A stretch of DNA of 64,000 nt from a virus (lineage: Duplodnaviria; Caudoviricetes). The stretch lies in IMG/VR virus record IMGVR_UViG_3300046170_000302; one strand, 5' to 3'. The position numbers and the translations under genes were made by a program. Below are positions 31,001 to 39,975 of this stretch, piece by piece; position 1 is the first letter of the stretch, and each line of letters opens with the position of its first letter. The notes under the pieces were generated by a model. The model had not been told where the DNA came from and did no database searches. It saw only the letters and a program-made list of their open reading frames with translations.

Positions 31001-32178
31001 AGTTTCACCAGTAGGTGGCAAAGATATCATGAATGAAGTGAAAGGTATGACGGTGTTTAACACCGAGGTACATGATGCAAAGAAACAACCAATGTTCTTT
31101 GGTAAACCTCTGGGAGTCCAGAGGTATGATTCTTATAAGTATCCGGTGTTTGAAAAACTTACTACACAACAACTTGGATACTTCTGGAGACCAGAAGAAG
31201 TTTCACTACAGAAAGATAGAGGAGACTATCAGTCTCTCCGTCCAGAACAGAAACATATCTATACTTCTAACCTGAAGTATCAGATTATGTTGGATTCTAT
31301 TCAGGGTCGTGGTCCTGGTATGGCATTCATTCCTTACTGTTCCTTACCTGAACTAGAAGCATGTATGGAAGTCTGGGGATTTATGGAGATGATCCATAGT
31401 CGTTCCTACACATACATCATTAAGAACATTTACTCTAATCCAGCTGATGTGTTGGATAAGATTGTCACAGATCAAAAGATCCTAGACCGTGCCAAGAGTG
31501 TTACAGAGTCATATGATGACTTCATCAACACCGCACAAGTCTGGGGAACTACTGGTATGTGGTCTGCAGATTTTAGAGGATCTCCATCAACTGAGTATGA
31601 AATCAAGGAAGTCAAGCGTAAGCTCTACAGAGGCTGTTGCGAATGTCAACATCCTGGAAGGCATTCGTTTCTATGTCAGTTTTGCTTGTTCTTTTGCTTT
31701 CGGCGAGCTCAAACTCATGGAAGGGTCGGCGAAGATCATTAGTCTTATCGCCCGTGACGAGAATCAGCATCTTGCAATCACGCAGAATATCCTGAATAAG
31801 TGGAAGAGTGGTGATGATCCTATGATGAAACAGATCGCCAAAGAAGAAGAAGAGTGGGTCTATGCAATGTTTGATAGAGCTGTGAATGAGGAGAAGGCTT
31901 GGGCTGACTACCTGTTCAAGGACGGTTCTATGATTGGTCTAAATGATACCCTATTGCAACAGTATGTTGAGTGGATTGCCAATCGTCGTATGAAGGGTAT
32001 AGGATTGAAGCCAGTCTATGATGTACCTGCTAAGAACAATCCCTCTCCCTGGACCCAACACTGGATCTCCTCGAAGGGACTGCAAGTGGCACCACAAGAA
32101 ACGGAAGTTGAATCTTATGTCGTCGGTGGAATCAAACAGGATGTACAAAAAGACACTTTCTCAGACTTTAAACTCTGA
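30981..32178 (+). CDS. nrdB: Ribonucleotide reductase class Ia beta subunit (frameshift near 31630)
   Basis: FWRPEEV; MEMIHSRSY; LEGIRFYVSFAC; RDENQH; APQETE. Confidence 0.95.
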
Positions 32179-32446
32179 GATAGAAGGGAGATATCCCTAT
32201 AACAAATCTCTTTTGTCCTATAAGAGGTGGTCTGATAGTCTCAGGCCACCTTTTCGTGGTATGGCACATAAGGTATTGAAGAGATCTTTGGAGTGGTGGT
32301 ATGAGAAACCCATCTATCTACATCCTTTACCTGTGAATGAACAGGTTAAGAATGTAAGAAAGGTATATGGTAAGACTCAGTACCCTTCAACAGAAGATAG
32401 AGCTACAGAATACATCTGGACTGGCGATGGGGACTGGCACCGATAA
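32141..32446 (+). CDS. Hypothetical protein
   Basis: ORF 32018..32446; start uncertain. Confidence 0.5.
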   Translation: MYKKTLSQTLNSEIEGRYPYNKSLLSYKRWSDSLRPPFRGMAHKVLKRSLEWWYEKPIYLHPLPVNEQVKNVRKVYGKTQYPSTEDRATEYIWTGDGDWHR

Positions 32447-32469
32447 ATACCCCCAGTTGAATACATTAT

Positions 32470-32898
32470 GTGTGTGACTACGAGAACCCCTGGACCTTTC
32501 TGGAGAGACCTTTTACTAGTGATGATGTTCACGACTTTTTTGGGTTTGTGTATCTCATTACCAATCTCACAAACCAACGACTCTACATTGGGAGAAAAGT
32601 TTTTTGGTTCCACAGAAAACCTCCTGGAAAGAAAAGAAGAGTAAAGAAGGAGTCAGATTGGAAAGTGTACTATGGTTCCTCTGACGAACTGAAGGCGGAT
32701 GTTAAACTTCTTGGAACTCATATGTTTCGTAGGGAGATCCTTTCACTGCACAAAACCAAAGGTAAGACAAACTTTGCTGAGACTGAGGCATTATTTAAGA
32801 ACAATGTTCTTACAGAATCTATGCCTGATGGTACTCCCAAATACTACAACTCCAACATTATGAATCGTTATTATCGCAAGGATTACTTTGAGATTTGA
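32470..32898 (+). CDS. GIY-YIG family endonuclease
   Basis: GFVYLITNLTNQRLYIGRK; YYGSSDEL. Confidence 0.8.
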   Translation: MCDYENPWTFLERPFTSDDVHDFFGFVYLITNLTNQRLYIGRKVFWFHRKPPGKKRRVKKESDWKVYYGSSDELKADVKLLGTHMFRREILSLHKTKGKTNFAETEALFKNNVLTESMPDGTPKYYNSNIMNRYYRKDYFEI

Positions 32899-32923
32899 TT
32901 GAGATACATAATACTACTATAAT
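32895..32923 (+). promoter_or_regulatory. Sigma-70-type promoter
   Basis: TTGATT-17-TATAAT. Confidence 0.65.
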
Positions 32924-32945
32924 ATTTAAGATTTTTATTTGACTC

Positions 32946-33540
32946 ATGAAGAAACTATTAACACCTTTACTAGCAACACTGTTGGTAGGATGTCAACAAG
33001 CCTCAACAGGAGCCAACTTATCAGTTGATGTCACTGAAGACAATAACACAGCTGTACCTATTGAAGTTGTTCCACCAATCAAATGGACCTGTCCAACATG
33101 TACAGACAATGAAAAATATGTCCTCAAACAACTACAAGAAAAAACAAGAATCACAGATCGAAATGCCTTGGCAACGATCATGGGTAATATTAAACAAGAA
33201 AGTAAGTTCTATTCCAACATTTGCGAGGGAGGGGACTAGAGTTCCTTACTCTGATTGCCATCGGGGTGGGTACGGACTCATTCAGTGGACCTCTACACAG
33301 CGTCATCTGGGGTTAGGATATTTCGCTAAAAAGTATGGATGTGATCCTAGCACTCTTGAGTGTCAGACACGTTATATGATTAACGAACCTATCTTCCAAC
33401 GGTATCTTCCTGAGTTTGAAGGTAGTGACCAGAGTATTGCTCAGTATATGGTTCCTTCCTACTACTGGTTAGGGTGGGGAATTGAGGGATCAAGAGAGAC
33501 ATATAGTCATCAATACAGATCAAAGCTACTGAAGCCTTGA
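32946..33540 (+). CDS. Lipoprotein with phage-tail-lysozyme-like (lysozyme2) domain; frameshift near 33232
   Basis: Lipobox LLVG-C; ALATIMGNIKQES; GGYGLIQWT. Confidence 0.7.
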
Positions 33541-33565
33541 CAAGGGTAGGAGCACCCTCTATAAT
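33537..33565 (+). promoter_or_regulatory. Consensus sigma-70 promoter driving the ncRNA/tRNA operon
   Basis: TTGACA-17-TATAAT. Confidence 0.88.
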
Positions 33566-33570
33566 ATAAG

Positions 33571-33633
33571 GGTTGAGAGATCAACTGCGGTGACCCCCTT
33601 GGTAGTTCAGGGTTAGCGGCGATAGGAACTACC
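33571..33633 (+). ncRNA. Structured RNA: GNRA hairpin plus H-type pseudoknot
   Basis: GGTTGA-GAGA-TCAACT; TGACCC/GGGTTA; GGTAGTTC/GAACTACC (8 bp). Confidence 0.6.
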
Positions 33634-33637
33634 TCTT

Positions 33638-33710
33638 GGGTCAGTAGCTCAGTGGATAGAGCATCGCACTTCTAATGCGTTGGTCGGGGGTTCAAATCCC
33701 TCCTGACCCG
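33638..33710 (+). tRNA. tRNA-Arg(UCU)
   Basis: Cloverleaf; anticodon loop CTTCTAA; TTCAAAT T-loop. Confidence 0.93.
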
Positions 33711-33712
33711 TT

Positions 33713-33784
33713 GCCTCCGTAGCTCAGTGGTAGAGCAGGGCTTTTGTAAAGCTCAGGTCGCAAGTTCAAATCTTGTCAGAGGCT
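33713..33784 (+). tRNA. tRNA-Thr(UGU)
   Basis: Anticodon loop TTTGTAA; one acceptor-stem mismatch. Confidence 0.9.
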
Positions 33785-33788
33785 CCTC

Positions 33789-33862
33789 GCGGAATTAGTT
33801 TAGAGGCAAAACTAAAGGTTTCCAACCTTTCGTCACCGGTTCGATTCCGGTATTCCGCTCCA
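33789..33862 (+). tRNA. tRNA-Gly(UCC), CCA encoded
   Basis: GCGGAAT/ATTCCGC acceptor stem; loop TTTCCAA. Confidence 0.9.
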
Positions 33863-33863
33863 A

Positions 33864-33935
33864 TCCTCTGTAGCTCAGCGGTAGAGCCGACGACTGTTAA
33901 TCGTCTGGTCGCAGGTTCGAATCCTGCCGGGGGAG
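33864..33935 (+). tRNA. tRNA-Asn(GUU)
   Basis: Anticodon loop CTGTTAA; GGTTCGAATCC. Confidence 0.93.
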
Positions 33936-33938
33936 TTG

Positions 33939-34010
33939 GCTCGAATAGCTCAGCGGTAGAGCACCTCCTTTACACGGAGATTGTCGGGGGTTCGATCCCC
34001 TCTTCGAGCA
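33939..34010 (+). tRNA. tRNA-Val(UAC)
   Basis: GCTCGAA/TTCGAGC acceptor stem; loop TTTACAC. Confidence 0.93.
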
Positions 34011-34025
34011 TTTGTATTTTCTATC

Positions 34026-34208
34026 ATGCAACGATTGCCAGAGATCAAACCCGAACATTATGTTACTGAGAAACAGTGTCAGGAAATGATCGACAAAGCC
34101 ATCGATAAACATAACAAAACAGCAACACTTATCAGTGCAAGTATCGGTACAGTGTTGTTGTTTTTCTATGCACAAGGGTTGCTAATTGTAATCGGTTTGT
34201 GGAAATAA
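34026..34208 (+). CDS. Small membrane protein
   Basis: YVTEKQCQEMIDKAIDKHN followed by a TM helix. Confidence 0.7.
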   Translation: MQRLPEIKPEHYVTEKQCQEMIDKAIDKHNKTATLISASIGTVLLFFYAQGLLIVIGLWK

Positions 34209-34241
34209 TATTGTAATAAATAAACCAACTACAACAGACTG

Positions 34242-34412
34242 ATGGAAGTTTTTTCTGTAGAAGAATTTCAAGAACGATGGGACGAACTAATAACTAGAGT
34301 GGAAAAGGGGGAGACGTTAGGAGTAGTGAATGAGAACGGGAATGCAGCTGTGATGGTTCCAGTTGATGATCCAGTATACAAGATGTATTGTGATCACAAC
34401 GAGGCCAGTTAA
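34242..34412 (+). CDS. Phd/YefM antitoxin-like small protein (56 aa)
   Basis: MEVFSVEEFQERWDELITRVEKGETLGVVNENGNAAVMVP; not in the ORF track. Confidence 0.55.
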   Translation: MEVFSVEEFQERWDELITRVEKGETLGVVNENGNAAVMVPVDDPVYKMYCDHNEAS

Positions 34413-34458
34413 GTAACTGACCACTCACTTAACCCCACGGGGTTCGTTCCACTATAAT
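34402..34458 (+). promoter_or_regulatory. Palindromic CAGTT-N4-AACTG box plus -10 TATAAT
   Basis: CCAGTTAAGTAACTG at 34405; TATAAT at 34453. Confidence 0.6.
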
Positions 34459-34480
34459 ATAAAAGTAATCAAACAGAACA

Positions 34481-34696
34481 ATGACTGTTACTTCGAAGTT
34501 TAAAAAGGATCTTCCTACTCTTCGCTCTGCTGCGAATGGTGAATTCTACCTTGATGTAAAGAATCCGAAACTTTTCAAAAAGGTTCGTAAGTATTACGAG
34601 AACGATGGTGTTGAATTCTCTGGTGATCCACTAGATGACTATGATATTTTGATCGATTGTTTGAATGAAGACCTTGAAGTTGTTGAGGTTGGTTGA
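34481..34696 (+). CDS. Conserved cyanophage hypothetical protein
   Basis: LDVKNPKLFKKVRKYYENDGV.FSGDP.DDY. Confidence 0.75.
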   Translation: MTVTSKFKKDLPTLRSAANGEFYLDVKNPKLFKKVRKYYENDGVEFSGDPLDDYDILIDCLNEDLEVVEVG

Positions 34697-34932
34697 TGAA
34701 AGTTCTATTAGAACGTGGACCTTTTAGATTTGTTGAAAAGGGTACTATTGAACTCAATGGTAAACCTGATTATAGATTACAGGAGCAAGACTACTACAAT
34801 CGTAGATGGTTTGATGTTTACCTGTTCGACAACCAGGAACAATGTCTTTTAGCAATGGAAGACGCGGAGTATCCTAAGTGGTTGACAGGTAAACCCTGCT
34901 ATATCAAAGACTCGGTAAGTCGTGTAAACTAG
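34696..34932 (+). CDS. Hypothetical protein
   Basis: MKVLLERGPFRFVEKG...YLFDNQEQC. Confidence 0.7.
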   Translation: MKVLLERGPFRFVEKGTIELNGKPDYRLQEQDYYNRRWFDVYLFDNQEQCLLAMEDAEYPKWLTGKPCYIKDSVSRVN

Positions 34933-35003
34933 CCCTGGTCGGGATTTGAGACTTAGTTATTACTCAACAATAAAAATAACTTGGCGCGGCATGTGTAACC
35001 CCA
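34931..35003 (+). ncRNA. Structured RNA resembling cyanophage wcaG/manA-class motifs
   Basis: GCCCTGGTCGGGA; AGTTATT/AATAACT hairpin whose loop CTCAA can pair with upstream TTGAG; TGGCGCGG; upstream of an epimerase gene. Confidence 0.5.
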
Positions 35004-35005
35004 TC

Positions 35006-35029
35006 AAAGAGACCTTCGGGTCTCTTTTT
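35006..35029 (+). terminator. Intrinsic terminator
   Basis: AAAGAGACC-TTCG-GGTCTCTTTTT. Confidence 0.85.
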
Positions 35030-35063
35030 AACGCATAAATATCAGCAGTTATTTTTAAACAAT

Positions 35064-35279
35064 ATGTCAGCAGCAGGATCGGCAGCTAAGTCTGCTAGTG
35101 GGGCAGCAATGTCAAAGTATGATGTCGAAGTAGAGGCGAGACTGAAGGCACTTGAAGCCGCAGTAAAGGAACTTAAGAGTCACTCACATGAATCGTCAGG
35201 TGGTGGTGAATGTGATGGTGATCTAGAAGCCAAAGTTGATGACCTCATCGAGAGACTTGGTAGAAAGATGCAGTTCTGA
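35064..35279 (+). CDS. Hypothetical protein
   Basis: MSKYDVEVEARLKALE; late-like CATAAATA upstream. Confidence 0.7.
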   Translation: MSAAGSAAKSASGAAMSKYDVEVEARLKALEAAVKELKSHSHESSGGGECDGDLEAKVDDLIERLGRKMQF

Positions 35280-35305
35280 TATAATAGAAACAACTACACT
35301 ATAAC

Positions 35306-36361
35306 ATGGCACAATATACTAAGAAGGCACTTGTTCTAGGTGCTGGTGGATTCATTGGTTCTCATATGGTCAAGAGACTTAAGTCTGAAGGCTACTGGGT
35401 TCGTGGTGTTGATCTCAAAGCCCCTGAGTTCTCTGCGACTGAAGCGGATGAATTCGTTTATGGTGATTTGAGAGATGCATCTTTTGTAAAACGCGTTCTT
35501 GAATATAAGGGAGATAGGGGAAATTTCTACTACAGTGTTCCCTATCGGTATATTCAATCCTTTGATGAGATTTATCAGTTTGCAGCTGATATGGGTGGAG
35601 CAGGGTTTGTATTCTCAGGTGAGAATGATGCAGATATCATGCACAACTCTGTAAGTATCAACCTCAATGTTCTAGAAGAACAAAGAAAGAGAAACGAAGT
35701 TACTGGTAGAAACTATACCAAGATCTTCTACTCTGGATCTGCTTGCATGTATCCAGAACATAATCAATTAGATCCTGACAACCCAGATTGTAGTGAAGAC
35801 TCAGCATACCCAGCAAACCCAGACTCCGAATACGGATGGGAGAAGCTCTTCTCCGAGCGTCTGTACTTTGCTTATCATCGTAATCACGGCATCCCTGTTC
35901 GGGTTACTCGATATCATAACATCTTCGGACCAGAAGGAACCTGGGATGGTGGTAGAGAGAAAGCCCCAGCAGCCATCTGTAGAAAGGTAGCACAACTACC
36001 TCCTGTTGGTGGTCACATTGAAGTGTGGGGTGATGGTGAACAGACACGTTCATTCCTTTATATTGATGAGTGTATTGAAGCCTCCCGTCGTTTGATGGAT
36101 AGTGAATTCATTGGTCCTGTGAATATTGGTTCAGAGGAAATGGTAACTATCAATCAACTAACTGATATTGCTTCTAGGGTAGCAGGTAAACCTATTAAGA
36201 GAAACCACAAAATGGATGCACCTCTTGGTGTTCGTGGTAGGAATAGTAACAATGATGTGGTCCGTCGTGAGTTAGGATGGGACTACGAACAACCCCTTGA
36301 AGAAGGGATTCGTAAAACTTATGAATGGATTGAGGCAAGAGTCAATGAACAGAATCAATGA
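35306..36361 (+). CDS. NAD-dependent epimerase (GDP-mannose 3,5-epimerase-like, WcaG family)
   Basis: GAGGFIG; FAADMGGAG; YGWEK; RYHNIFGP; WGDGEQTRSF. Confidence 0.92.
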   Translation: MAQYTKKALVLGAGGFIGSHMVKRLKSEGYWVRGVDLKAPEFSATEADEFVYGDLRDASFVKRVLEYKGDRGNFYYSVPYRYIQSFDEIYQFAADMGGAGFVFSGENDADIMHNSVSINLNVLEEQRKRNEVTGRNYTKIFYSGSACMYPEHNQLDPDNPDCSEDSAYPANPDSEYGWEKLFSERLYFAYHRNHGIPVRVTRYHNIFGPEGTWDGGREKAPAAICRKVAQLPPVGGHIEVWGDGEQTRSFLYIDECIEASRRLMDSEFIGPVNIGSEEMVTINQLTDIASRVAGKPIKRNHKMDAPLGVRGRNSNNDVVRRELGWDYEQPLEEGIRKTYEWIEARVNEQNQ

Positions 36362-37092
36362 TTACAATCAACTCAAGGATGATATTTCTTCTTGGTTGAG
36401 TGAATATAAAGATACAAGTTCATCTGAATGTTTTGTAGTTGGTGTGTCTGGTGGTATTGATTCTGCCGTATCATCAACTCTAGCAGCTGAAACTGGATAC
36501 CCTGTGTATGCTATAGGGAATGCCTATTCATCAAAATGAACAACAGAAAGAACTTTCTGAGACACATCTTGATTGGTTGGAAAGGATTTATCCAAATGTG
36601 GTTGTATTGAGATATGATCTCACCAATACATTTGAATCTTTTCGTTATACTATTGGTGTTGACAGTACCAATGTGGACAATCATTCCTTAGCGAATACAC
36701 GTTCACGACTTCGTATGGTTACTCTGTATCAGATTGCGGGAAGACATAAAGGTCTTGTGGTTGGAACTGGTAACAAAGTCGAAGATTATGGTGTAGGATT
36801 CTACACTAAATATGGTGACGGCGGGGTGGATGTTGCACCTATCGCTGATCTTTATAAGACTGAAGTATGGGAACTTGGTAAATTCTTGGGAGTTGACTCA
36901 AGGATTGTTGAAGCTAAACCAACTGACGGATTATGGGATGATGGACGAACAGATGAGGATCAACTTGGTGCCTCCTATGCTGAACTAGAAGAAGCAATGG
37001 AGACTGGCAGTGGTCCTGGTTTGGAAGTTCTACAAAGGTTCAATAAAATGAACCAACACAAGATGCAACCTATTCCTACATTTACACTATGA
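36345..37092 (+). CDS. nadE: NH3-dependent NAD+ synthetase-like protein (frameshift near 36518)
   Basis: GVSGGIDSAV; ANTRSRLRM; GTGNKVED; FYTKYGDGGVD..PIADLYKTEV; PTDGLW..TDEDQLG. Confidence 0.9.
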
Positions 37093-38243
37093 AAATTGGA
37101 GTTATTGGAGCAGGCAGATTAGGTATCTGTTTTGCCCTTCTTTGTGAACAAGCTGGTTATGATGTTCTAGTATCAGATATCCGTGAGGATTATGTAAAAG
37201 ATCTGAACCAGAAGAAGATCACAACTAATGAGCCCGAAGTAGAAGATCTACTTAGAGTATCAAGAAACTTTAGAGCTACGACTAACAACAAAGAAGTAAT
37301 TGATGAGTGTGATCTCATCTATACTCTTGTGCAAACTCCATCTAATGATGATGGATCATATGATGTATCAGCTGTCTGGCAGGTTGTAGAAGAATTTAGT
37401 GATGTAAAGAAGAGAAAGTATCTTGTGATTGGTTGCACTACCAACCCTGGTGATTGTGATCAGTTTACTTCACAACTTCCTAGTAATGTGAAGGTACTCT
37501 ATAATCCTGAGTTTATTGCACAGGGTAGTATTGTGAGTGATCTTAAGAAGGCCGATATGGTTCTTCTTGGTATTGATCAAACTATGGAGAACGATACAAC
37601 CGTAAAGGATATCAATAATCTCTACAAGAAGATTCAAATCAACAGAGCAATTGTTTGTACTATGAGTACAAAGTCTGCAGAGATTACTAAGATTGCAGTC
37701 AATTGTTTCCTTACAACCAAGATCAGTTACGCCAATATGTTAGGTGATGTCCTTCATATGGCAGGATGTGGTGATGAGGTTACCGCAGTCCTAAGTGCTG
37801 TTGGATGTGATAGTCGTATCGGTAAGAAGTATCTTGGTTGGGGTGTAGGTTATGGTGGTCCTTGTCTTCCTAGAGACAACAGAGCCTTCGCACACTTTGC
37901 TAAGGGTGTAGGACTGGAGTATAACCTAGGTTATGTTACAGATGGTTTCAATAACGAACACGCGAAGATCGTATGTGATTATTGGGATACAATGAACTCA
38001 CATAAACTCCCATACTACTTTGAGTATATTACCTACAAGAAGGGAACAGATATTCTTACAGAGAGTCAACAGTATCGTTTGGCTCTAGACCTCCTAGAGA
38101 GAGGACACAAGGTCTATATTCAGAATGACAGAAGGGTCACACCTCAAGTGTCTGAATACCTTGACAAAACCTATGGTGATATGGTAAGATTCGTGGACAA
38201 CAAGTTCAACATCACTGAAGACATCTTTATTGTAAACTTATGA
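37089..38243 (+). CDS. ugd: UDP-glucose/GDP-mannose dehydrogenase family protein
   Basis: GAGRLG; YNPEFIAQG; AEITKIAVN; GYGGPCLPRD. Confidence 0.88.
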   Translation: MKIGVIGAGRLGICFALLCEQAGYDVLVSDIREDYVKDLNQKKITTNEPEVEDLLRVSRNFRATTNNKEVIDECDLIYTLVQTPSNDDGSYDVSAVWQVVEEFSDVKKRKYLVIGCTTNPGDCDQFTSQLPSNVKVLYNPEFIAQGSIVSDLKKADMVLLGIDQTMENDTTVKDINNLYKKIQINRAIVCTMSTKSAEITKIAVNCFLTTKISYANMLGDVLHMAGCGDEVTAVLSAVGCDSRIGKKYLGWGVGYGGPCLPRDNRAFAHFAKGVGLEYNLGYVTDGFNNEHAKIVCDYWDTMNSHKLPYYFEYITYKKGTDILTESQQYRLALDLLERGHKVYIQNDRRVTPQVSEYLDKTYGDMVRFVDNKFNITEDIFIVNL

Positions 38244-39152
38244 TTGGATATGATCGCCTAGGAACGAATGGTCGTTTCGGTAACCAACTCTTTCAGTATG
38301 CAGCACTGAGAGGTATTGCATCAAAACATGGGTATGAGTGGTGTATTCCTCCTGATAGTCATGACACCTATGCTAACTATGGGATGCATCATCCCTTTGA
38401 GTTGGTTGGACTGAAACCAGATAACATTGGATTTGTGAATGAGAATGTCTCACCACAATCTATGTTTTCTTTCCAGGCTCTTAAGGAAACTAATCCTAAT
38501 ACTAAGAATGTAACTGAGGGTGCTTATTGTTTTGATGAAGAACTCTTCAATAACTTTGAGGACGGAACAAACCTAGATGGATATCTTCAGACTGAAAAGT
38601 ATTTCAAACACATCGAACACGAGATTCGTGCAGACTTCGCATTCAAGCCAGAGATTCTAGAACCCTTGTAATGACTTTATCAGTAATTTTGAGAACATTA
38701 ATTTTCTCCATGTTCGTCGCGGAGATAATGTGGGTCGTGAAGATTATTATCGGATGATGACGTTTGACTATTACACAAGAGCTTTGGAACTATTTCCTGA
38801 AGACTCTCATGTATTGGTATGTTCTGATGATCCTCAGTGGTGTTCTGAACAAGAGTTCTTTGATGATGAAAGGTTCTTGATTAATACTGATGTTCCTGAG
38901 TATGACCATATGTGCCTAGAAGGTGATGGTGGTCGTCGTCGTTCTAAGGTTCCTTATACTGACCTGTGTCTAATGTCTCTATGTAATGGAGCTATTCTCT
39001 CCTCCTCCTCTCTGGGTTGGTGGGGAGCCTGGTTGCAGAAGGGTAGGACTAACCCTGTAGTGGCTCCTGAACACTGGTATGGACCTGTCCTAGAGGCTGT
39101 CAATGATTGTAAAGACCTCTACCCTGACGAGTGGACCGTTATCCCTAACTAA
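38240..39152 (+). CDS. GT11 alpha-1,2-fucosyltransferase-like (frameshift near 38665)
   Basis: GRFGNQLFQYA; LHVRRGD; SSLGWWGAWL. Confidence 0.85.
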
Positions 39153-39153
39153 T

Positions 39154-39975
39154 ATGAGACACGATCTTAAAGACACCACTTTCATCATTCCTATTTGTAT
39201 CGAATCAGAAGATCGAATGAGGAATGTAATCACTACATTGTGTTATCTCCTTGAGAACTTTGATACAAAGGTTATTCTCAAGGAGGTTGACACTGAATCA
39301 GTATTTCAACAACAGTGTCTCCCTCAGATCTCGGAGTATGTGGAGGATGGGATTGAGAACTTAACTCATATCTTTGAGAAGAGTGATCCTGCTGACAATA
39401 TGTTCTATCGTATGAGATATCTCAATGAGATGTTGAGTATGTGTGAAACAGAGGTAGTTGCTAACTATGATTGCGATGTTTTACTGCCTGTTAATACATA
39501 CCTAGAAGCACAAAAGTTTATTACTGAAGGAGGTTATGATGTCATCTACCCCTATGGTCAAGGTCCATGGCAAAAGAAAGTATATGCTACCGATGAAATG
39601 GTATCTAAGTTTCTATCTAACGACTGTAAGTTCTCACATCTAGAGAAAAAGGTAGAGATTGATAATGCAGAGAGTGGCCACGCACAGTTCATTCGTAGGT
39701 CAACATACATTGAAGCTGGTATGGAGAATGAAAACTTCATCTCATACTCACCAGAAGATAAGGAGAGACTTCATAGGTTCAATATCCTTGGATACAATGT
39801 AGGTAGGATTGAGAACTGGGTGTATCACCTAGAACATATGAGAACTCATAACTCATGGTTAAATAATCCACACATGCAAAACAACTTTGCCTTGTGGGAG
39901 TTTCTCAAACCTTTGAGTGAAGAAGAACTTAGGCAATACTACAAAGAACAGAAGTATCTCAAGAAGTATACATGA
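39154..39975 (+). CDS. GT-A fold glycosyltransferase (GT2/GT7-like)
   Basis: YDCDVLL; GMENENFISYSPEDKER; VYHLEH. Confidence 0.8.
   Translation: MRHDLKDTTFIIPICIESEDRMRNVITTLCYLLENFDTKVILKEVDTESVFQQQCLPQISEYVEDGIENLTHIFEKSDPADNMFYRMRYLNEMLSMCETEVVANYDCDVLLPVNTYLEAQKFITEGGYDVIYPYGQGPWQKKVYATDEMVSKFLSNDCKFSHLEKKVEIDNAESGHAQFIRRSTYIEAGMENENFISYSPEDKERLHRFNILGYNVGRIENWVYHLEHMRTHNSWLNNPHMQNNFALWEFLKPLSEEELRQYYKEQKYLKKYT

Noticed and set aside
32470-32898. Mobile homing endonuclease after nrdB
   Set aside because: A short stand-alone GIY-YIG domain without DNA-binding extension, with a late promoter. It looks like the conserved cyanomyovirus nuclease rather than a mobile element.
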